A stretch of 32,000 nucleotides of DNA from Nitrosospira multiformis ATCC 25196 (GCF_000196355.1 NC_007614.1:690001-722000); one strand, 5' to 3'. Positions 19,362-29,508 are shown, counted from the first letter of the stretch. Program-made: numbers and translations. Notes: generated by a model from the sequence alone, not told the origin.

Positions 19362-21428
19362 ATGGGTTTGTTTCGCAGGCATCTCTTGCCATGGATGTTT
19401 ATTTCCGTTCCTTCAGGGGCTCTTGCCGTATCCAGCGATCCGGCGGAGAGATTGCTCCCTGATGTCGTTGTCACAGCAACCCGCTTCAGCGAGTCCATCG
19501 ACAAACTGCCCAGCGGAGTTTCCATCGTCAATGCGGAACAGATCAGAAACAGCGCCGCTACGACTTTGCCGGAGTTGCTGCAACAACTGTCTGGCATACA
19601 CACGAGAAATGTCGATGGCAGCCCCGACCCACAGATCGATATACGCGGATTTGGTATCACCGGCGACCAGAACACCCTGGTTTTGCTGGATGGTCAACGC
19701 ATGAACGAAAATGAATTGACCGGTATCCGCTGGTCGACGATTCCTCTCGATACTATCGAACGCATCGAAGTATTGCACGGCAGCGGTAGCGTCGTTTATG
19801 GAGCAGGAGCCACCGGGGGTGTCATCAATATCGTTACACGCGCTGCCAAGCCGGGTCGCATATCGGGTACGGGGGGAGTTTCCTTCGGCAGCTACAGCGG
19901 CACGGAATTCAACGGAACGTTCAACGCGGCAGGAAACAACGTTGGGCTGGCGCTCACGGCCAATGCGTTGCGAACAGATAACTACCGCGTGAATAACGCG
20001 TTGCGTCAATCGAATCTGCAGGGCGATCTGCGTTACCTGTTCAGCAGCGGCAGGGCGTTGCTGAAGTTCGGACTGGATGATCAGAAGCTGGAACTCCCTG
20101 CCAATCGCACTGAAGCACAGTTGCAAACCGACCGGAAAGGCACCTCGACTCCTCGCGATTTCAGCACCCGCCAAGGTGCCTACGTCACACTGAGAGGAGA
20201 GAAAGAGACGGAATTCGGTGATCTTGCCGCGGACCTTTCATTTCGGGACAACCACCGTACCGCATTATTCGACGATTACAATCTGGACGGCTTCAACGCC
20301 AAAACATTCGTCAATTCCCGCTCAGACCAGTGGCTGTTCAACCCGAGGATGAAGCTGCCCTTTGCGGCTTTCGGCATGGAGCACGAACTGGTACTGGGCG
20401 TGAATTTCGAATGGTGGGATTATCGATCGAGACGGTTTACCGGACCGGAAACAGTACCAGGTTCGGCATCCGCCGATATCCCGAGAACGGATGTAGTGGC
20501 GACCCAGCTAAACCGTGCCATTTATTTTCAACACGCCTCCACTTTACCTAAAGGTACCGTTGTCAGCCTTGGAGGGCGACTGCAATGGGTAGACAACCGG
20601 GCGAATGACCGTTTCAATCCCGCTGTCTACGCCAGCGGCCGGCAGAGCCGTATGGTTTATGCCTATGATGCAGGTCTTCGCCAGCCTCTGGGGGAAGCTT
20701 TTTCGGCCTATGGCAGATTTGGGCGCAGTTTCCGGATAGCGACAGTGGACGAAAACTACAACCAGTTTGGCGGTCCAATGTTCGATTCCATAGTGAAGAT
20801 TCTCGAACCGCAAACTGCCCATACTGGGGAGCTCGGACTGGATTACAAGCAGAAGTCCCTACGTGCGCGCGCTTCGCTTTACCGCACCAACCTCAACAAT
20901 GAAATCAGCTTCATAAACATAGACCCATTCCTGTTTTTTGCCAACGTCAATCTGCCGCCCACGCGACGGCAAGGTTTCGAGCTGGAAGGTTCATGGACGG
21001 TAACGGGCGCACTCGATATATTCGGCAGCTATACGTTTATCGATGCACGCTTTCGGAAGGGAGACTTTGGCGGTGTGGATGTATCCGGAAATCTCGTTCC
21101 GCTGGTGCCGCGCCACAAGGTCTCAGCGGGTGGTACATACCGGTTGGGATCCAGTACCCGTGCGGCAGTAGTCATGAATTATGTAGGTGAACAGGTTTTC
21201 GATAACGATCAAGCCAACACCGCCACGGGTCGTATGCCGGATTATGTCACGGTAGATCTCAAGGTGACTCATCAGATGAGGAAACTGCTGTTGAGCATGG
21301 CGGTGAACAACCTGTTTGATGAAAAGTATTTTTCCTATGCCATTCGCAATTCAGCGGGTACGAGCTTCAGTGCGCTACCTGCCCGGGAACGCAACGTCTG
21401 GCTGACGGTAAAGTATCAATTCGACTGA
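19362..21428 (+). CDS. btuB: TonB-dependent vitamin B12 receptor, BtuB-like
   Basis: TonB-box-like PDVVVTATRFSESIDKLPSGVSIV, plug domain PQIDIRGFGITGDQNTLVLLDGQRMNENEL and C-terminal NNLFDEKYF..NVWLTVKYQF. The riboswitch supports the substrate. Start taken at ATG 19362. Confidence 0.88.
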   Translation: MGLFRRHLLPWMFISVPSGALAVSSDPAERLLPDVVVTATRFSESIDKLPSGVSIVNAEQIRNSAATTLPELLQQLSGIHTRNVDGSPDPQIDIRGFGITGDQNTLVLLDGQRMNENELTGIRWSTIPLDTIERIEVLHGSGSVVYGAGATGGVINIVTRAAKPGRISGTGGVSFGSYSGTEFNGTFNAAGNNVGLALTANALRTDNYRVNNALRQSNLQGDLRYLFSSGRALLKFGLDDQKLELPANRTEAQLQTDRKGTSTPRDFSTRQGAYVTLRGEKETEFGDLAADLSFRDNHRTALFDDYNLDGFNAKTFVNSRSDQWLFNPRMKLPFAAFGMEHELVLGVNFEWWDYRSRRFTGPETVPGSASADIPRTDVVATQLNRAIYFQHASTLPKGTVVSLGGRLQWVDNRANDRFNPAVYASGRQSRMVYAYDAGLRQPLGEAFSAYGRFGRSFRIATVDENYNQFGGPMFDSIVKILEPQTAHTGELGLDYKQKSLRARASLYRTNLNNEISFINIDPFLFFANVNLPPTRRQGFELEGSWTVTGALDIFGSYTFIDARFRKGDFGGVDVSGNLVPLVPRHKVSAGGTYRLGSSTRAAVVMNYVGEQVFDNDQANTATGRMPDYVTVDLKVTHQMRKLLLSMAVNNLFDEKYFSYAIRNSAGTSFSALPARERNVWLTVKYQFD

Positions 21429-21714
21429 GCCCCTGAGCATTTGAGTGTGCCCCCTTCCGGCTCCGCCAGGTCACGCGCCCACGCTCCGGTCGCCATTTGG
21501 CTGCCTTTCCCGAGCCTTCTGGCATCGTTCCCATGTAAATTGTCGGCCTGTACGCGCATCGCGCGCGTTCTGATCATTCTGATTTCGCCAGCAATGAGCC
21601 GTGCGAGGGGTTTACAAAGATTGCCTGAACTCCCGTTGCTTTCCACACTTTATCCCCCGCCAAGGCGAGTGCCATAATACGGCTTTTGCCAAACCTGCCG
21701 CATCTGCTCCCACA

Positions 21715-23586
21715 ATGCGGCCTGTACGTCTCATGCAAAATACACAAAATACCGGCGCCCGACAGTTATGCCTGCGCCTGACGAGATACGTTGCGCCGTA
21801 CTGGGACGCGATCATCCTTGCAACAGGGTGCATGATCGCGACAGCGGCGACCGTTCCCATGCTGGCGGCGTTGATGCAGCCGACCATGGACGAAGTTATC
21901 GCGAACAGGAACCCCGAGTTGCTGCAACTCGTGCTTTTGGGAATCATCAGCTTGTTTGCAGTGCGCGCAGTAGCCGGACACCTCGCGACTTACGTACTCC
22001 ATTGGGCGGGCAGCAAACTGGCAGTGGATTTACTCTGCGAGATATTCGACAAGCTGCTCGTATTGCCGCATTCGTATTACGAATCCTGCCCCGGCAGCAA
22101 TCACATTTCGGTCGATCATGTCTCCAGGATAACATCGGATGCTCCGGAGGTAGCGCGCGCTTTTGTCAACGTGATGACGGTCATGATCAGAGACACATCC
22201 ACCGTCATTGGCTTGCTTGGCTGGATGTTTTATCTCAATTGGCCGCTTGCCCTGCTGATTTTGTTGATGTCATCGGTGATTCTGCTGGTCACGCAATTGC
22301 TTGGAGAGCGGCTGCGGGAAATGGGACGGGAAAGCGAGCGAGCGATAGAGGGTCTCACCCGGATTCTGAAGGGCGCTGCACTGAACTTCATGGTGGTCAA
22401 GCTCTATGGCGGTGAGCAGTATGAGAACCAGCGCATGAGGGAACAGGCGGAGGAGGCACGCCGATTTTTCATGAAGCGGGCTGCTGTTGCCTCTCTTTAT
22501 GTTCCCTTGATACAAACCATTGGTGCTGCCGCTATAGTCCTCACCCTTTATTTTGCCGCAAATGAAGCAGTCGCCAGTGAACTCACGACAGGAAGCTTTG
22601 CTTCTCTTATTACGGCCATTCTGCTGCTGATTGTTCCGGGGAGGCGAATAGCTGAAGTGGGAGGAACCTTCCAGCGCGGGCTGCTCGCGGCTGGAAGCCT
22701 GTTCTCGTTACTTGACGGGGAAGTGGAATCGGAGACAGGAACCGTCGTGATTCAGCGGGTGCGTGGAGAGCTGCAATTCGAGGAAGTCGGCTACGGCGAA
22801 CGTACAGAGCGTAATCCAGGCACCTCGTTAAAGGTTCGCTCCCTGGGGAATTCCGATCCTGCAGCAGTACTGAGACGTGGACTAAATTCCGGATTGCATG
22901 ATGTTACCTTGATCATTCAGCCGGGCGAGACGGTGGCGGTGGTTGGCTGCGCGGAAACCATGGATGTACTTACGTATATGGTGCCGCGTTTCCTTACTCC
23001 CACATCCGGGAGAATTCTCCTGGACGGACATGATCTCAGGAGCATCACGCTGGCGAGCTTGCGGGCCAACATTGCATTAGTATCTCCGCACACGACGCTG
23101 TTCAATGACACTGTCGCGGCGAATATTGCATATGGTGCAATGGGGCGGGCCACTGAAGCACGGATTACGTGGGCAGCTCGCGCTGCTCATGCATCCGAGT
23201 TCATCCGGAAGCTGCCGGATGGGTTGCAGACTATGGTCGGGGATGGCGGCGTAGAACTCCCCGTGAGTCAGCGGGTGCGCATCGCCGTTGCGCGGGCGCT
23301 TCTGAAAAATGCACCTCTATTGATCCTGAACGAGAAGCTGGGAATGCTCGAGCCGGATTCTGTGCCTCTTGTGCAGGCAGCATTCGATACCGTGATGCAA
23401 GGTCGTACCACGTTCGTTATTGCAGATCGTTTATCCACTCTGGAGAAAGCAGATCAGGTTGTCATGGTGGACAAGGAGCGCATTGTGGACAGGGGCTCAC
23501 ATCGGGAGCTGATGGCAAGAGATGGGGCTTATACCCGGTTGATCCGCAGAGTATTCGGTTCAAAAACTGCGGTAGCCGCCCGGTAA
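21715..23586 (+). CDS. MsbA-like ABC exporter protein with a degenerate nucleotide-binding domain
   Basis: Membrane domain followed by an NBD-like region: GETVAVVGCAETMDVLTYMVPRF, ALVSPHTTLFNDTVAANIAYG, GGVELPVSQRVRIAVARALLKNAPLLILNEKLGMLEPDS and TTFVIADRLSTLEKADQVVMVDKERIV. The track ORF opens at GTG 21601, and ATG 21715 is plausible. Confidence 0.88.
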   Translation: MRPVRLMQNTQNTGARQLCLRLTRYVAPYWDAIILATGCMIATAATVPMLAALMQPTMDEVIANRNPELLQLVLLGIISLFAVRAVAGHLATYVLHWAGSKLAVDLLCEIFDKLLVLPHSYYESCPGSNHISVDHVSRITSDAPEVARAFVNVMTVMIRDTSTVIGLLGWMFYLNWPLALLILLMSSVILLVTQLLGERLREMGRESERAIEGLTRILKGAALNFMVVKLYGGEQYENQRMREQAEEARRFFMKRAAVASLYVPLIQTIGAAAIVLTLYFAANEAVASELTTGSFASLITAILLLIVPGRRIAEVGGTFQRGLLAAGSLFSLLDGEVESETGTVVIQRVRGELQFEEVGYGERTERNPGTSLKVRSLGNSDPAAVLRRGLNSGLHDVTLIIQPGETVAVVGCAETMDVLTYMVPRFLTPTSGRILLDGHDLRSITLASLRANIALVSPHTTLFNDTVAANIAYGAMGRATEARITWAARAAHASEFIRKLPDGLQTMVGDGGVELPVSQRVRIAVARALLKNAPLLILNEKLGMLEPDSVPLVQAAFDTVMQGRTTFVIADRLSTLEKADQVVMVDKERIVDRGSHRELMARDGAYTRLIRRVFGSKTAVAAR

Positions 23587-24006
23587 ACTGCAACAGATCA
23601 TGGACGTTCTATCTGCCATGAGGCTTAGGCTCGGAACCCACTACGCCCAGAAATATTTCTGTCGGTATTTGTCAGCTCATAGATGCCCTGAGGGGAAAGC
23701 GCGAGCATCATCTTCTACATTGCCGGAGCCGTTTCCGTTCAATCAAGCGCGAGTACGGATACATCCAAGACGAGTTTCTGTCGGTGGCGCGGAAGATTGC
23801 ATGAGAAACTTTCATTGAGCTTGCGGGGGGGGGGGCAGTTGAAGTGAGCTTTATTCTGACTGAGGAAAGGACAACGTTTTCTGGCTGTCTTGAAGGAGGA
23901 AAAGCTGTAACTATTTAGTGTCGAGTTCCCAGTGGAGCCCAGGACTTTATCCAGATAACTGCGGCGCTTTTGCAAGGAACCGATTTGCGAGTCACTCTGG
24001 CTCTTC

Positions 24007-24210
24007 GTGAGTGGACAGGGGAAAATTTGCCATCTTCATTACGGCAGGCATGGCGAAATTAATGGAGTAATCCTGTCGGACGGCACGAGTGTCCGCTTTC
24101 CGCGCGAAGTATTACCAATTCGAGCCAATGTTAAAAGTCGGACAGAGCATTACGGCATCGGGCTACGGCACCAAAATCAATTCGCCCAAGCACTAGAGGC
24201 ACCCAGCTAG
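24007..24210 (+). pseudogene. Remnant of a small OB-fold-like conserved protein, apparently with two compensating frameshifts
   Basis: YGRHGEINGVILSDGTSVRFPREV in the ORF frame, then KVGQSITASGYGTK in a second frame, then NQFAQALEAP back in the first frame. Confidence 0.45.
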
Positions 24211-25309
24211 GCTTTTCAGGGCAACAGGATAGTCTCTCGTATTCCTCAATATCCCCGATGTGGAGCAAGGAATAGCTTGCCGATGTTGCGTCAGCCGAGA
24301 GTCAACCTAATATACCTGTCCCGCTTTCAAGAAGCTGGATTCAGAGCGTTAATATCTGTTCTGCATTAGGCTGCCGGTACCTCATCTTATGGCTCCCTTT
24401 AGGGTTTAGGGGCGTGGAAAGATTGCTACCTTTAACCGGCTATTGGCATGAGGGAAACCTTAAATTCGAAAAAGCATCCAGTCTGGTTAAATTTGTATAC
24501 GCATATTCGAACTTTCAGGCTGCACCCCACCTCACCGGCTTTAGTCGGTAGTTATTGGGCGAATTATTGGGCAAATACCCTATCAAACAAGAAAAACACG
24601 GTCCACTGACGTGGTGGAACTTATCATCATCTCGTGCCCCTCCATCTTGAATGCAAGTGAATACTGGGAACTGGAGAAGGTGAGGTTACGAACAGAACTT
24701 CAAACATCCTGGAGTTATTATGCGTTCAGCAGGCAAAAAATGTCCTGCTGCTGTTGAATTCTGTAAACAGAGTTTTATCTGCAGTACATGGAGAACAAGC
24801 AATCATTATTTTTCTCGAACATGGAACAGCATAGGTTTCAATGCTACAAGTTTTTACCGGTACACCTACAGCCAGGCCCTAGTTAAACCACTCTATTCAA
24901 GGCTTGGAGTTTTTCTACAGAGGAAGGGCCAGGAGTAGATTTCTGCTTTGTTATCCACCTCCGTTACTCCATTACCCTTCAATGTCAAAATCCTTATGGA
25001 GGGCTTTCGTGTTTATCAAGGATAGCGAATAGCGAAACAGCCTGTTTCTACGCTTACTCCAGCTGGGTGTGGATGCTCCTTGTTCGTTTCGCAACTGGTT
25101 TCTCCGGTCATAAGCTCCAACTAAGGACACGATCAGGAGCAACGCTACTGTGCTGCTACGAATACATGGGACAGGGATAGTCGCGTTTATTCCCGTACCT
25201 GAAGTCCGCGTGCCCATTAAATATGTTTATATCGAAAATCACAGATTGATTCGTCCCGATCAGGAAGAGGAAAGGACAGATAGAGCATGGATAAGAAAAA
25301 CGAAAAAGC

Positions 25310-27409
25310 ATGAAAAAAGAGTTTGAATTGAATTACTCACTCTCCGTGCTGAAAGCAGCGATAGAGGCAACGGTTGACGGCCTTCTGGTTACAGATAGAC
25401 GGGGCAAGGTGCTTTGCTACAACCAGCTTTACGTGAATATGTGGCCCATTCCAGGTGAACTCCTGGCTCATGCGAGACACCAGGCAATCCTGGGCTATTG
25501 TGCCGGGCAATTAAGAGATCCCGAGCAATTCCTGCGCTCAATCGAGGAAATTTATGCGACCTTGGCACCAGAAAGCTTTAATGTCTTTGAATTTCGCAAT
25601 GGCAGGGTATTTGAGCGATGTGCAAAAGTCAAAACTCTGGAAGGATCTGACATCGTGCTCGTTTGGAGCTTCAGGGACATTACTGAACGAAGACAGGGGG
25701 AGAGCTACAAAGCGCAGTTAGCGGCAATCGTCGAGTCCTCGAATGACGCCATCATTGTCAAGGATCTCAACGGCATTATTACCGGTTGGAATGCCGCGGC
25801 AGAAGAGCTTTTTGGATATCGTTCCGGCGAAATAATAGGCTCTTCCATATTGACGCTGATTCCGCCCGACCGCCTGGAGGAAGAGGACAGAATCATGAAC
25901 CTCGTCAAGAGCGGGAAACGCACGGACCATTTTGAAACCGTGCGATGGGGGAAGGGCAAGAAATCGATTGATGTCTCCGTCACGATATCCCCGGTGAAGG
26001 ATAGCGCCGGCAATATCATTGGTGCATCAAAGATTGCACGGGATATCACTCAGCGCAAGGAATCACAAGAACGTATCGAGTATCTCGCCCATTACGATTT
26101 GCTGACCGGCCTGCCCAACCGCGCGCTGTTCACCGACCGCATGAGGATCGCGATCGAGAACGCCAGCCGCTATGCCTTCCGGCTGGCATTACTATTCGTG
26201 GACCTCGATCGCTTCAAGCTGATCAACGATTCGCTTGGTCATGCAATCGGCGACAAGCTGCTCAAGGCAGTTGCAGAGCGCATGCAGTCCACGGTTCGCC
26301 AGGCGGATACAGTCAGTCGGCTGGGGGGGGATGAGTTCGTTGTCCTGCTGGGCCGGATTCATACAGCGACGGAGGCGGCGCGAGTTGCCGAGAAGCTTAT
26401 TGCAGTCTTGTCTCAGCCCTATCAAATAGAACAGCATGAACTCTTGCTGACCGCAAGCGTCGGGATCAGCATTTATCCGGATAGCGGTAAGGACGTCAAC
26501 AGCTTGATGCGCAATGCCGACGTTTCGATGTATTCGGCCAAGGGGCAGGGCAGGAACCGCTACCAGTTCTATTCTGAAGATTTGACTTCCGGCGCAGACG
26601 AGCGGCTCAGGCTGGAATACGACCTGCGCAGCGCTCTTGCGCGTGACGAAATTTTCCCGGTCTACCAGCCACAGCTGGAGCTTGCTACCGGACGCGTGGT
26701 AGGCGTGGAGGCGCTCATGCGCTGGAAGCACCCCGAGCGAGGGCTAGTCTCCCCTGCAAGCTTTATTCCCGTAGCCGAGGACAGCGGTTTGATTCTGTCT
26801 CTGGGGGAGCACATCCTGAGGGAATCCTGCCTGCAGGCACGCCAATGGCATGAGCAGCAGGGATTCGAGGGAACAATCGCGGTAAACGTTTCAGCAGTAC
26901 AATTCCGTCAGAATGATTTCACGGATGTTGTACTGCGCGCACTTGCAGACAGCGGTCTTTCGCCAGAATGCCTGGAACTCGAGTTGACCGAAAGTGTGGT
27001 GATGCATGGAGTGGAATCGGCTACACAGAAAATGTGCTTCCTGGAGTCCCGGGGTATAAAACTGGCTATTGACGATTTCGGTACCGGCTATTCCAGTTTG
27101 TCCTATTTGCGGCAATTTGCCATTGACCGGCTAAAAATAGATCGAAGCTTCGTTCGTGATCTCCCCCAGGACACTGATGCCAAAGCTATTATTCGCGCCA
27201 CTGTGGCAATGGGGCGCAGCCTTGGCTTACGTGTAATGGCGGAAGGTGTAGAGACGGAAGGGCAAGCGGAGTATTTGCGAAGCGTTCAATGCGATGAAAG
27301 CCAAGGCTATCTGTATGCAAGGCCAATGAGGCCAGATGATTTTGAAGCCTGGCTAAAGGGTAGGAAGCCAGATTTTAGGGGCTCGCGCTATCAAATGGCG
27401 CAATCGTAA
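25310..27409 (+). CDS. PAS-PAS-GGDEF-EAL signalling protein (diguanylate cyclase / c-di-GMP phosphodiesterase type)
   Basis: Two PAS-like regions, DLLTGLPNRALF..SRLGGDEFVVLL, and EAL domain motifs VGVEALMRWKHPERG, NVSAVQF, ELELTES, IDDFGTGYSSLSYLR, DRLKIDRSFV and EGVETEGQ. Confidence 0.96.
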   Translation: MKKEFELNYSLSVLKAAIEATVDGLLVTDRRGKVLCYNQLYVNMWPIPGELLAHARHQAILGYCAGQLRDPEQFLRSIEEIYATLAPESFNVFEFRNGRVFERCAKVKTLEGSDIVLVWSFRDITERRQGESYKAQLAAIVESSNDAIIVKDLNGIITGWNAAAEELFGYRSGEIIGSSILTLIPPDRLEEEDRIMNLVKSGKRTDHFETVRWGKGKKSIDVSVTISPVKDSAGNIIGASKIARDITQRKESQERIEYLAHYDLLTGLPNRALFTDRMRIAIENASRYAFRLALLFVDLDRFKLINDSLGHAIGDKLLKAVAERMQSTVRQADTVSRLGGDEFVVLLGRIHTATEAARVAEKLIAVLSQPYQIEQHELLLTASVGISIYPDSGKDVNSLMRNADVSMYSAKGQGRNRYQFYSEDLTSGADERLRLEYDLRSALARDEIFPVYQPQLELATGRVVGVEALMRWKHPERGLVSPASFIPVAEDSGLILSLGEHILRESCLQARQWHEQQGFEGTIAVNVSAVQFRQNDFTDVVLRALADSGLSPECLELELTESVVMHGVESATQKMCFLESRGIKLAIDDFGTGYSSLSYLRQFAIDRLKIDRSFVRDLPQDTDAKAIIRATVAMGRSLGLRVMAEGVETEGQAEYLRSVQCDESQGYLYARPMRPDDFEAWLKGRKPDFRGSRYQMAQS

Positions 27410-27474
27410 GCATTCCAACCACCATTCAGCATTTGGGTCAAAAGCTGCAACGGCAATGCAACAAGAAGCAGCGC

Positions 27475-29508
27475 CTATGCGATACGAGACTCGCGAACCT
27501 GGGAAACGGGGATAACTGATTCCGCGCTCACGTATTCCGGAACCCATCTGGGCAGCTCCCGCTTGACCTCTTCGTCGCTCAGGGCGGGATGCTCCTCAAG
27601 CCACGCCAGCAGAGCTGTCAGCCATTTTCTGTCTACCTGACGTGCTTGCGCGATACGCAATTTGGGGTGGGGCGTGGGAAGCGTATTTTCGTCATCCGCC
27701 AACAGTTCTTCGTAGAGTTTTTCGCCGGGGCGCAAGCCATTGTAAACAATTTTTATTTCATCCTCGCTCAATCCGGAAAGACGAATCAGATCTCGCGCAA
27801 GATCGGCGATTTTAATCGGTTCGCCCATATCCAGCACGAAAATTTCCCCCCCCCGCCGCTTGCCGCCCATCAAGCCGGCCTGTAGAACCAACTGTGCTGC
27901 CTCAGGTATGGACATGAAATAACGGGTGATTTCCGAGTGCGTTACCGTTATCGGTCCCCCTTTTTCAATCTGCTCCCTGAATTTGGGAATCACGCTGCCC
28001 GCACTGCCCAGCACATTACCGAAACGCACCATGACGAATCGTGGCTCCTGCCTCCTTTCAAGCCTGCTGCCCAGAACAATTTTGCCGGAGGCGTTTTCGG
28101 TGGGACTGTCAGGAGATGCAATCGACTGCTGTAACGCCTGGCATACCATTTCAGCCAGGCGTTTACTCGCGCCCATGACATTGGTCGGGTTGACGGCCTT
28201 GTCGGTCGAAATCAGGACGAATTTCTCCACCCCGTACCGGATGGCGGTTTGCGCCAGGACATAGGTTCCCCGCACGTTGTTCAGCACCGCCTGCCATGCA
28301 TTTTCCTGTTCCATCAGGGGCACATGCTTGTAGGCAGCCGCATGAAACACAATAGCCGGCCGGTATTGCAGGAATACCTGTGATAGCCGCGCTTCATCCT
28401 TGACATCGCCAATGGCGAATATCATGGGAATCTCTGGAAAATCGGCCTGGAATTCCTGCTCTATGCTGTACAGCGCAAATTCATTCAATTCAAACAGTAC
28501 CAGTTGAGCCGGTGCGAATTTGACGATCTGTCGGCATAACTCCGATCCAATCGAACCCCCCGCGCCTGTAACCAATACCGTTTTTCCCGTCAGTAAATCG
28601 TGCAGTCCATCGTTATCCAGCACGACAGGATCCCGCCCCAGCAAATCTTCAGGCTCGACTGTCCGGATTTGTGACACCTTGATGTTGCCGCTCACCAGGT
28701 CGTTATAGGAAGGGACGATCAAGGCCTTTACCCCTGCCGCTGCACACAGTTGCAAGGCTCGACGTCGGTCGCGCAGGAGGCGGTCGGGGCGGCGGCGATC
28801 AGAGTGGGTGCGATAGGATTTGCGGCGATCTGAAGCGGAGGAGGTGAGAGCGATAATGGCATGCGCGACACCCAGTTTCCGGGCTACCTCCGGCAGATCG
28901 TTGATGCGGCCCAGTACTTTGAATCCGTGCAGCATCAGCCCCCGCTTGGCCGGATCGTCGTCAAGGAAACCCGCGACGCGCCATTCCACATTGCGCGCCA
29001 GCTCTTTTACCAAGCCGACAGCAGCATCACTTGCTCCTATCACCAGAACGAGATTGCCTCCCGTTTTACTGCGGCCGTAAAGCCGGTGTTCTTTCCAGAA
29101 CCGGTAAGCGAGACGGCTGCTTCCCATGATGAACAGCAGCAGGATGGGGGCCAGTATCAGCACAGTTCTGGGGACACCGACCAGTATCTGCAACATGTAT
29201 AGCACCAATGGGACGGCTGCAGCCGAAGCGGATACAGCAAACAGGATGCGCCGCAAATCGGGCAGGCTTGCGTAATGCCAGAGTCCACGATACAGGCCAA
29301 AGAATAAGAAGGCTGCTGCGTGTATCGGGACCACCCACGGCAGAATCTCTTCCAAAGATGCCAGATAAACGAAGGGTATCTCGAAATTGAAGCGGAACAG
29401 ATAAGCCAGGGACCAGGCGATGGCGGCAGCTACAACATCATGCCCGAATGCAATAACCGTCCTTATGTTGAGTTTGGGCGCGGGCATGCTATGGACTATC
29501 CGGGGCAT
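27475..29508 (-). CDS. Polysaccharide biosynthesis nucleoside-diphosphate sugar epimerase/dehydratase (FlaA1/CapD/WbpM-like)
   Basis: N-terminal membrane segments, a first Rossmann domain, then TVLVTGAGGSIGSELCRQIVKFAP..VFHAAAYKHVPLME..LISTDKAVNPTNVMGASKRLAEM..VRFGNVLGSAGSVIPKFREQI. Confidence 0.94.
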   Translation of the reverse strand: MPRIVHSMPAPKLNIRTVIAFGHDVVAAAIAWSLAYLFRFNFEIPFVYLASLEEILPWVVPIHAAAFLFFGLYRGLWHYASLPDLRRILFAVSASAAAVPLVLYMLQILVGVPRTVLILAPILLLFIMGSSRLAYRFWKEHRLYGRSKTGGNLVLVIGASDAAVGLVKELARNVEWRVAGFLDDDPAKRGLMLHGFKVLGRINDLPEVARKLGVAHAIIALTSSASDRRKSYRTHSDRRRPDRLLRDRRRALQLCAAAGVKALIVPSYNDLVSGNIKVSQIRTVEPEDLLGRDPVVLDNDGLHDLLTGKTVLVTGAGGSIGSELCRQIVKFAPAQLVLFELNEFALYSIEQEFQADFPEIPMIFAIGDVKDEARLSQVFLQYRPAIVFHAAAYKHVPLMEQENAWQAVLNNVRGTYVLAQTAIRYGVEKFVLISTDKAVNPTNVMGASKRLAEMVCQALQQSIASPDSPTENASGKIVLGSRLERRQEPRFVMVRFGNVLGSAGSVIPKFREQIEKGGPITVTHSEITRYFMSIPEAAQLVLQAGLMGGKRRGGEIFVLDMGEPIKIADLARDLIRLSGLSEDEIKIVYNGLRPGEKLYEELLADDENTLPTPHPKLRIAQARQVDRKWLTALLAWLEEHPALSDEEVKRELPRWVPEYVSAESVIPVSQVRESRIA

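Noticed and set aside
21768-22415. 215-aa plus-strand ORF inside the ABC-like gene
   Set aside because: It is an out-of-frame product of the ABC protein coding region with no independent domain evidence.
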